The notes below the pieces were generated by a model that was given only the letters and a program-made list of their open reading frames with translations, ran no database searches and was not told where the DNA came from. A stretch of DNA of 14,639 bases from Armatimonadota bacterium (lineage in GTDB: Bacteria; Armatimonadota; Fimbriimonadia; Fimbriimonadales; GBS-DC). The stretch lies in NCBI GenBank assembly GCA_037445735.1, contig JBBIJY010000026.1, positions 21,216 to 35,854 on the forward strand, given 5' to 3'. Positions 8,632-14,639 of the stretch are shown piece after piece; within the stretch, counting starts at the first letter, position 1, and each line of letters opens with the position of its first letter. A program made the translations under genes and the position numbers.

Positions 8632-9201
8632 TCATTCGGTGATTCGGCTGCGGCGGGCGATTTCGAGGCGCACATGGTCGTGCAACCGTTCGAGCGCACC
8701 TCGAATCGTGCCGTCGATCTGATAGTCGCCAATCTGCACGCGAACCCCGCCAATCAGGCTGGGGTCAACTTCAAAAGTGGGGATGATTCGCTTGCCCGTG
8801 CTGCTCTCCAGTCGTTGCAGGAGCGCTTGTTGCTGGCTGCCGCTGAGGGGGATGGCGGAGGTGATGGTGGCGTGGGCGATGCCCTCGTGCGCCTCGCGCA
8901 GCCGCTGGAACTCCTCTATGATGGCGTTCAGCTGCTTCTCGCGCCGCTTTTCGATGACCAGCGCGAGCAGATTCATGGTCAGCGGTTGCAGGTCGCGGGA
9001 CAGCAGTTCGTTCAGGCGCTGCTTTTTGCGGTCGCGGGGGATTTGCGGGCTATAGAGGAACGCCTGCAGCGTCTCGCTCTCCTGCAGGAGGGTGCGCAGG
9101 CGCTCCAGGTCCTCGCCCACGCGCTGAAGCGTGTTCGCGTTCAGCGCGGCTTTGAACAGCGCGCCTGCATAGCGTCGTGCCACACGCCAGTCGGCTCGCA
9201 T
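8632..9201 (-). CDS. atpH: F1 ATP synthase delta subunit
   Basis: VARRYAGALF, ITSAIPL and VDPSLIGGVRVQIGDYQIDGTIRGAL; located between atpF and atpA. Confidence 0.96.
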   Translation of the reverse strand: MRADWRVARRYAGALFKAALNANTLQRVGEDLERLRTLLQESETLQAFLYSPQIPRDRKKQRLNELLSRDLQPLTMNLLALVIEKRREKQLNAIIEEFQRLREAHEGIAHATITSAIPLSGSQQQALLQRLESSTGKRIIPTFEVDPSLIGGVRVQIGDYQIDGTIRGALERLHDHVRLEIARRSRITE

Positions 9202-9750
9202 TCAGCGCACCTCCACCGTCTGGATGAACTCGTTGATCAGTCGGCGATGGCGCTCGTCGTCGAGGCTTTCGCCCAGGATGCGCTCCGCGACGGCGAGCGT
9301 CAGGTCGGCGACATAGGTCTGCAGTTCGGTGAGCAGTTTCTCGCGTTCGAGGCTCGCCTGCTCCTGCGCACGGGCGATAATCTCCTGCGCCTGACGGCGG
9401 GCATCCTGCAGAATCTGGTCGCGCAGCTGCTGCGCTTCGCCGACCGCCTGCTGGATTCGCTCGCGGGCTTCGGCTTCGATTTGCGCCAGTCGCTGCTCAT
9501 ATTCCGCCCGCAGCTGCTCCATCGCGCGGCGGTCAGCTTCGATCTTGTCATAGGTGGCGTTGATGTCCTGCCGACGCGCCTCCAGCATCTGCTCAATCGG
9601 CTTCCAGAAGAAGCGCGTCAGCAGCCACAGCAGCAGCAAGAACCCGACCGCCTGAATGATGATGAGATTGAAATCGATTCCGAGCTGCTCCAGGATGCCG
9701 CCACCGCCGTGTGTCTCGGCAGCCATCAGGTTCGTGAGCGTCGTCCACAT
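9202..9750 (-). CDS. atpF: Fo ATP synthase subunit b
   Basis: One TM helix (IIIQAVGFLLLLWLLTRFFWKPI), then EARRQ and a long coiled coil ending LINEFI; SD GAGGA. Confidence 0.96.
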   Translation of the reverse strand: MWTTLTNLMAAETHGGGGILEQLGIDFNLIIIQAVGFLLLLWLLTRFFWKPIEQMLEARRQDINATYDKIEADRRAMEQLRAEYEQRLAQIEAEARERIQQAVGEAQQLRDQILQDARRQAQEIIARAQEQASLEREKLLTELQTYVADLTLAVAERILGESLDDERHRRLINEFIQTVEVR

Positions 9751-9765
9751 AGCTATTCCTCGTGA

Positions 9766-9793
9766 GGGGCGAGGCGGGGAAGCGCCTCACCCC
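9766..9793 (-). promoter_or_regulatory. Stable mRNA hairpin between atpE and atpF (no U-tract)
   Basis: mRNA GGGGUGAGGCG-CUUCCC-CGCCUCGCCCC: 11-bp stem with one U-G pair. Confidence 0.65.
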
Positions 9794-9806
9794 GGCATGG
9801 ATTGCG

Positions 9807-10091
9807 TCAGGGTTTGCGCAGGGTGTCCACCAGCACATCGACGGCGGGTAGCTTGCCCTGCAGCAGGAAGAACATCAGCAGGGCGTACAGCACCAGCGAC
9901 TCGATGAAGGCGAGGGCGATAATCATGCCTGTCTGGATTCGCCCCGCCAGCTCGGGTTGACGCGCCATGCCACGCAACGCGCCCGATGCCGCGATGCCCT
10001 GACCGATACCGGCGCCAATCACGCCGATGGGCAGCCCCAGCCCAGCCGCCAGAGCCAGCCCCATCAGATAAAGACCGACACCTGTCTCCAT
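9807..10091 (-). CDS. atpE: Fo ATP synthase subunit c
   Basis: GxGxGxG helix (GAGIGQG), loop ARQPE and carboxylate FIESLVLY; strong SD AAGGAGG preceded by an A-rich tract. Confidence 0.98.
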   Translation of the reverse strand: METGVGLYLMGLALAAGLGLPIGVIGAGIGQGIAASGALRGMARQPELAGRIQTGMIIALAFIESLVLYALLMFFLLQGKLPAVDVLVDTLRKP

Positions 10092-10136
10092 CGTTCATCT
10101 CCTCCTTGTTTTTAGGTTCGCATCCGCTGCGTTCAC

Positions 10137-10157
10137 TCTCCACGCGAGGCATGGAGA
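10137..10157 (-). promoter_or_regulatory. mRNA hairpin between atpB and atpE
   Basis: mRNA UCUCCAUGC-CUC-GCGUGGAGA: 9-bp stem with one U-G pair. Confidence 0.5.
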
Positions 10158-10161
10158 AATC

Positions 10162-10878
10162 TCAGTGCGCCACCGCCTCCGCATGAGCATGCTCGCTCGC
10201 ATGCTCGGTCATCAGACCCAGATAGATGGCGGTCAGCAGCGCAAACACGAACGCCTGCACAAACGCCACCAGCAGACCTAACAGCAAAATCGGGAACTGC
10301 ACGGGCAGCGGAATGTAGTACGATTTGAACAGCGGGATGGCGAAGAAGCCAATCAGCGCCAGCACCACCTGCTCCTTGCCGAACATGTTGCCATATAATC
10401 GGATGGCGAGCGAGAAGGGCTTCGCCAGCTCGCCCATCAGCTCCACCACGAACAGCAGCGGCGCGATAAAAAGGGGCACCTTGCCAATCCCTGCAAAATG
10501 CCCCAGATAGCCCCCGATGCCGTTCGTGCGAATGCCTTCAAACTGCACATACAGGAACACCAGCAGCGCCAGCGCAATCGTGGTGTTCAGGCTGGCGGTG
10601 GGCGCAACGAACGGCGCCGGCAACAGCCCGAACAGATTGCAAATGAGAATATACAGGAAGAGCGTGCCGACCAGCGGCACATATTTGCGCCCATGCTCGC
10701 CCGCCGTGCTGACCACCAGCCCTTCAAAACCTTCGTAGATGAGTTCCGCCAGATTCTGCAGTTTGCCCGGTCGCTTCTGCATATTGCGGGTGGATAGAAG
10801 CGCAAAAACGACCAGCACCGCTGCCGCGATGCCGGCGAACACCGTGAAAACCACAGGCGCGATATGATGTTCCTGCAC
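10162..10878 (-). CDS. atpB: Fo ATP synthase subunit a
   Basis: PGKLQNLAE, NLFGLLP, PTASLNTT, essential Arg in SLAIRLYGNM and VQAFVFALLTAIY. Start moved to GTG 10878 (238 aa) because the listed TTG 10938 is the -35 box and SD AGGAGG lies at 10898-10893. Confidence 0.96.
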   Translation of the reverse strand: MQEHHIAPVVFTVFAGIAAAVLVVFALLSTRNMQKRPGKLQNLAELIYEGFEGLVVSTAGEHGRKYVPLVGTLFLYILICNLFGLLPAPFVAPTASLNTTIALALLVFLYVQFEGIRTNGIGGYLGHFAGIGKVPLFIAPLLFVVELMGELAKPFSLAIRLYGNMFGKEQVVLALIGFFAIPLFKSYYIPLPVQFPILLLGLLVAFVQAFVFALLTAIYLGLMTEHASEHAHAEAVAH

Positions 10879-10908
10879 TGTCTGCCTATTCGCCTCCTTC
10901 GCGCCCCT

Positions 10909-10938
10909 ATTATACCCGTCCCATGACAGGCGCGTCAA
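10909..10938 (-). promoter_or_regulatory. Sigma70 promoter of the atp operon
   Basis: -35 TTGACG (10938-10933), 18-bp spacer, -10 TATAAT (10914-10909). Confidence 0.85.
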
Positions 10939-10942
10939 GGGG

Positions 10943-10960
10943 TTGTGCCTTTTTTCACAA
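10943..10960. promoter_or_regulatory. Putative Rex operator
   Basis: TTGTGCC-TTTT-TTCACAA matches the Rex consensus TTGTGAA-N4-TTCACAA at 12/14 positions and is separated from the atp -35 box by 4 bp. Confidence 0.65.
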
Positions 10961-11050
10961 AGTCGCGCCTGGCGCGAGCGTATGATGGGGCCATGGAGGC
11001 AAACCGCAGCTGTATACCTGCAGAATGTTCCCGAATCGCCCAGTCTTCTC

Positions 11051-11650
11051 TTATCGGGAGATTCCCTGCTCCCCCTCGCGCAGCAGCCGTTCCACCTCCG
11101 CAGGATCAGTTATCCAGTCGTCAATTTCGTCTGGTCGGGCATAGCGAACCACCCCATCGCCAATGTCAAACACAGCTAAGAACTTTTCGTCGGGACCACG
11201 CGATTCGACACAATCGGTGGTCGGCGGCTGCCGATGACACCTACAGTATGCCACCAGCTCCACGCGCTCTGTTGGCAGCCGATCAATCCGAACTCCGGTC
11301 AGGTTGGCGTAACGAGTTGGCTCCATTGTCCGCGTGTTAAAGCGATACATATGAAGCTCACCGCCAGTATTAAGAGGGCAGTAGATCACATTTCGGGCTT
11401 CAGGCGAGCGGTTAATCCATTCCATAAATGCTCGCTTGAACTTAGGCGTTCCTGGTTTATATTCGTTTTTAAGTTGTTTATACTTCAGATAAATCGCCCA
11501 CAGGTTCGCTCTGCAGCGCGCTTCCAGTGCCCGATAGCGGGCGATTTGATACAGGGGGTAGATCAGTGCTGCTAACAGTGCCACAATCGTTATCACGATC
11601 AGCAGCTCTTTGAGGGTCAGACCTGCATTGCCGCTTTGTGTTCGCATCAT
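11051..11650 (-). CDS. Prepilin-type N-terminal cleavage/methylation domain protein (type IV pilin/pseudopilin-like, DUF1559-like)
   Basis: Class III signal NAG|LTLKELLIVITIVALLAALIYP with Glu at +5, then ARYRALEARCRANL (compare AREKARxxxCxSNL), IYCP, YCRCH and C-terminal GDGVV; SD GAGGTG. Confidence 0.85.
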   Translation of the reverse strand: MMRTQSGNAGLTLKELLIVITIVALLAALIYPLYQIARYRALEARCRANLWAIYLKYKQLKNEYKPGTPKFKRAFMEWINRSPEARNVIYCPLNTGGELHMYRFNTRTMEPTRYANLTGVRIDRLPTERVELVAYCRCHRQPPTTDCVESRGPDEKFLAVFDIGDGVVRYARPDEIDDWITDPAEVERLLREGEQGISR

Positions 11651-11775
11651 CGATCACCTCTGCCCGTTCCCCTGCTTCCCAACCACCGGCCCCCACACCT
11701 CCGCCGCCTTTCCGCCCGAGTTAGACTCAAGGCGTTTTTTTACAAGGCCCACGCTACCTCAGATGATGGGATGCT

Positions 11776-13863
11776 CTAGGGTTGCTCACGCGGCTGTCTC
11801 TGCTTGCACAACGACTGCAGCCAGTCCCATAGACCAATTCGCCGAATCGTGTAGCGCACCTCGCTGGCACCCCAAACAAATCGCAATTCCCAGACCTCTT
11901 CCTGATGCAGGATGCGCTGAGTGGTTGTCTCTGCACCATTCCAGCTTTGCGCCCAGTATGCTTGCAGATAGCGGCGAAACGGGTTGTCCGATAGACATAG
12001 ATGTTCAACGACAGTATCGGGGGGGACAAGGTACTCAATTGGCTGAGAGCTGAAACGAATTGAAAACGAAACGGATAGTGGTGGTTCAGGCGAAAGCAAG
12101 GTGAGGGGATGTCTTTGCACAACCGCATAGAAAGCTCGCCGCTGGTCTGGATTCATCTGGTTCCACTCAATCAACCCACCCGAAAGGGCACGCCTGCGCT
12201 GATCAGGCGATAGCAGCAAAAAGAACTCCCACACATATCGATAAAAGAACCGATCATCGGCTAACTCTGTCTGGATAATGGGTAAACCTGTCGATGGGTA
12301 GGAGTAGAGCCGCTTGCTTTCTGCAGCCATCCAGTAATAGCTGGCATCACGGCTAACGGGTAGCTCATAGCGCTGCTGAGCAAGGTCGGGCACATCTGTG
12401 TAAGCCCCTTGGTAATTCATCATCAGGCGCAGCATCGGCAAAGCGCGCCTGGAAGGCGTGACTAACTGCTGCCCCACCTGCAACAGCCACGCTTCACGCT
12501 TCAGCCACTCGGTGGGAAACAGCTGTTTGAGCAGGCTATCGGGAATGTCATCCTCCCGAGCCTGTTCCAGATCGGCATGCGTGGCGATCAGCCAGTCGCC
12601 CTGCAAGGCAAAAGCCAGCCCTGTCGAACGGCAGAGTTTGGGTAAGTCGGTACTTGGAACCCGAAAGTTGAGGATGTCGCTCATCTGAGCGGTAGCGTTG
12701 GCAAAACAGTTCGCTTCACTTGTCCCAGCTGCGTAAAACGGGAAAATAGGAGCGACAAGCGAAAGCTGAGCGGCGTCAGCCACCTCCAGTAGCAAGCATC
12801 CCAGCGCGTTATACCAGGTAGCATGCTGGCGAATATATTCGGGAGTGGGAGGGAGCGGTTTCTCAAAAGCGGGCAAGTTCGGCACCGCTGCCTTCCAAGG
12901 ACGTGTAGCCTGCACAGGGGCTGGTACGAGACACGCGAATTCGTGCTTGCCCGCTGCTCTCCATTCGCCCCCATGATACGAGAGCGGCATCAGCCCACAG
13001 TAAAAATTGCCATCTTCATCGAACCAAAAATGGATGAGCAGATCGTCCACTTTGGTCAGTTGAGAAGACTTTTCTTTTGTATCTGTACAGCTGTTGTGAA
13101 ATTCGAGTTCAGCCGTTTGCCACAAGGCGAGGGTGGTTATACCGAGCCGAGGATGCTCAGTGATACGAGTTGCCCAAGAGGACCGTTTTGCCAATTGCTG
13201 CCAGTCCGATTCGTCCAGTTGTGTGAGTGCTTGGAGAGCGACCTGATAAAAGCCACTCTGGGGGTTCGGTCTGCCTAATAGAGCCTCAGCACCTGTGATA
13301 TAGGTCGGTAAACTACTCTGATAAAGGTGAATAGCTATCCGCCACTCTTGTGCATCCACCCCGTCAGGTAGAGAATCCATGAGGGTATTTAAAACTGGTG
13401 GCTGCGGTTGACTTAGTAACTGTTTGATTAGCTTCGCAATGCTCCGCACACGGGCGAAACTTGCGCCTAAGTCGCGAGGAGCGGGCGCCCTTTCTTGAGG
13501 TTCATAGCGCAACTTGTAGATAGGTGGCTGATTGGGATATTTAACAGTTGCCCAGTGGAGAGGTGGAAAAGCGGATTGAAGAGCGGTCATTAACTCCTGA
13601 AGAGGTCGATTGCGCACAAGCACGGCAACACGCACCTCGCGCCAGGCATCATCGACCCGTAGCCCTACCCCCGTCTCGCTGGTGAGCTTTTTAAGCAAAT
13701 CCGCAAGCGGAATAGAGGGTTCAATAACCGTAACGGGTCGAGAGAGCCGCGCATCTAACCTGAGCCCCTGCTGTGAAGAAGCAGGGATCTGTGCCAACGC
13801 AGTCACTGCTAAACAGACCCACAAAGACACGAGCCCTCTATTCGGGTGGTGTCGCGTCAGCAT
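11776..13863 (-). CDS. Exported hypothetical protein (~695 aa) with an N-terminal STN/secretin-N0-like domain
   Basis: Long ORF. Start placed at ATG 13863 (SD GAGG), giving a signal-peptide-like MLTRHHPNRGLVSLWVCLAVTALAQ, then DARLSRPVTV...PLADLLKKLTSETGVGLRVD...VAVLVRNRPLQELMTAL, which has STN/N0-like periodicity. The remainder is unrecognised. Confidence 0.7.
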   Translation of the reverse strand: MLTRHHPNRGLVSLWVCLAVTALAQIPASSQQGLRLDARLSRPVTVIEPSIPLADLLKKLTSETGVGLRVDDAWREVRVAVLVRNRPLQELMTALQSAFPPLHWATVKYPNQPPIYKLRYEPQERAPAPRDLGASFARVRSIAKLIKQLLSQPQPPVLNTLMDSLPDGVDAQEWRIAIHLYQSSLPTYITGAEALLGRPNPQSGFYQVALQALTQLDESDWQQLAKRSSWATRITEHPRLGITTLALWQTAELEFHNSCTDTKEKSSQLTKVDDLLIHFWFDEDGNFYCGLMPLSYHGGEWRAAGKHEFACLVPAPVQATRPWKAAVPNLPAFEKPLPPTPEYIRQHATWYNALGCLLLEVADAAQLSLVAPIFPFYAAGTSEANCFANATAQMSDILNFRVPSTDLPKLCRSTGLAFALQGDWLIATHADLEQAREDDIPDSLLKQLFPTEWLKREAWLLQVGQQLVTPSRRALPMLRLMMNYQGAYTDVPDLAQQRYELPVSRDASYYWMAAESKRLYSYPSTGLPIIQTELADDRFFYRYVWEFFLLLSPDQRRRALSGGLIEWNQMNPDQRRAFYAVVQRHPLTLLSPEPPLSVSFSIRFSSQPIEYLVPPDTVVEHLCLSDNPFRRYLQAYWAQSWNGAETTTQRILHQEEVWELRFVWGASEVRYTIRRIGLWDWLQSLCKQRQPREQP

Positions 13864-14143
13864 AGCAATCGCCTCTTCGGGGCTGACCATTGTTCTTCCC
13901 TGTACAGCGCTTCGCAGAGCAATTGTTCGCACCATCTGGCTCGAGCCCTCTGCAGACTTCTTTGCAGCACTCGCTACATAATACCATGCATTCTGGGGTG
14001 TTGGCTGCACTTCGACAATCCCTCCGATAGCGCTCGCATGGATTGTCGTCAATCACATCTATCAAAAGGTACATTATCACACAGACGACGCTCCAAGCCA
14101 CGATCAGCGAGCCTGTGAAGAGTAAACCTCTGCCTCTTCTCAT
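13838..14143 (-). CDS. Small membrane-anchored or exported cysteine-rich protein (101 aa)
   Basis: Strong SD AGGAGG 8 nt before ATG. Basic N-terminus MRRGRG, hydrophobic helix at ~7-28, then 10 Cys (36, 43, 52, 56, 59, 60, 64, 75, 80, 93). Overlaps the next gene's start by 26 nt. Confidence 0.75.
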   Translation of the reverse strand: MRRGRGLLFTGSLIVAWSVVCVIMYLLIDVIDDNPCERYRRDCRSAANTPECMVLCSECCKEVCRGLEPDGANNCSAKRCTGKNNGQPRRGDCYADATPPE

Positions 14144-14192
14144 CTCCTGTTCCTCCTTCGAAGAGGATGCTCTATTTGCCCCTCCGCCTTAA

Positions 14193-14221
14193 TTAATAGC
14201 CTGAACCCCGCCATTTGTCCA
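14193..14221 (-). promoter_or_regulatory. Candidate promoter just downstream of the sigma gene
   Basis: TGGACA (14221-14216), N17, TATTAA (14198-14193), within an AT-rich patch GCTATTAATTAA. Confidence 0.4.
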
Positions 14222-14238
14222 CGGCAATCGCCGTTTTG

Positions 14239-14639
14239 CTAATCGTCTGCATCACATTCCCCGCATAATCGCCTCAACACCTGGATCGCCCTCTGCAACT
14301 CCTTATGCACCCACGACTTGCTTTTGCCCAGTACTGCGGCAATCGCCCGTACATCCAAGCCCTCCCCATAATATAAATCCAGAATCACCCGCTGCTCGTC
14401 AGGCAACTGCCCCAGCGCCGCCCGTATCTCCCCACACCACGCATGCTCCTCTATCGCCTCACAAGCCCCCACATCCGCAATCTCTATCTCCTCGCCCGTC
14501 TCCTCATCCACTGGCATCGCCACCACACCCCGACCCCACCGACACAACCGCCCCCACTCCCTCACTATCGCCCGAACCGCACACCGCACCGCAAACCCCT
14601 CCAGCGACACACCCCGATCAGGCTGATAGTCTAAATATG
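14239..14639 (-). CDS. Sigma-70 family alternative sigma factor, C-terminal part (5' end outside the window)
   Basis: The frame is open to the window edge: YLDYQPDRGVSLEGFAVRCAVRAIVREW (region 2.3-2.4-like, compare FDPxRGxxFxTYA), a short acidic linker, then region 4 ALGQLPDEQRVILDLYYGEGLDVRAIAAVLGKSKSWVHKELQRAIQVLR. Confidence 0.85.
   Translation of the reverse strand, partial: YLDYQPDRGVSLEGFAVRCAVRAIVREWGRLCRWGRGVVAMPVDEETGEEIEIADVGACEAIEEHAWCGEIRAALGQLPDEQRVILDLYYGEGLDVRAIAAVLGKSKSWVHKELQRAIQVLRRLCGECDADD

Noticed and set aside
5592-9765. Long plus-strand ORFs (242, 360, 414 and 363 aa) opposite the SDR and atp genes
   Set aside because: Antisense shadows typical of high-GC coding DNA, with no recognisable motifs.
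9787-10152. 121-aa alternative-frame ORF over atpE
   Set aside because: Out-of-frame overlap with a clearly real gene and no protein-like features.
6224-10878. N-ATPase (second, Na+-exporting) operon
   Set aside because: Gene order is the standard B-E-F-H-A-G with a separate delta subunit and no atpQ/atpR or leading atpD-atpC.
10879-10938. N-terminal extension of atpB from TTG 10938
   Set aside because: That TTG is the -35 hexamer, and the extension contains the -10 box and the SD.
11716-11746. Promoter for the pilin gene (minus strand TTGTAAAAAAACGCCTTGAGTCTAACT)
   Set aside because: AT-rich and suggestive, but spacing and -10 fit neither sigma70 nor an ECF consensus I can name confidently.
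13864-14052. First 63 codons of the 758-aa ORF
   Set aside because: They overlap the better-supported Cys-rich gene; the signal peptide and SD fit ATG 13863.

Overview
High-GC bacterial chromosome window. The family content (DUF1559-like prepilin protein, split atp operon) suggests Armatimonadota or a PVC-like lineage; this is inference only. Left to right: (1) a Zn-dependent medium-chain dehydrogenase; (2) a small defence islet with an unexplained tandem 25-bp dyad repeat, a single-chain Type IIG/ISP-like restriction-modification gene whose nuclease motif reads PD...EAE rather than PD...ExK, and an antitoxin-vapC pair whose toxin is split by a 1-nt deletion; (3) a minus-strand F1Fo operon atpB-E-F-H-A-G lacking atpI, atpD and atpC, where an HSDL2-like SDR is translationally coupled to atpG, driven by a clear sigma70 promoter with an adjacent Rex-like operator; (4) a mostly lower-GC, minus-strand four-gene cassette: alternative sigma factor (truncated by the window edge), membrane-anchored mini-protein with a 10-Cys domain, exported ~695-aa protein with an STN/secretin-N0-like start, and a type IV pilin-like protein. 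The cassette is the best candidate for an undescribed system. All family assignments come from motif recognition by eye; no searches were run.
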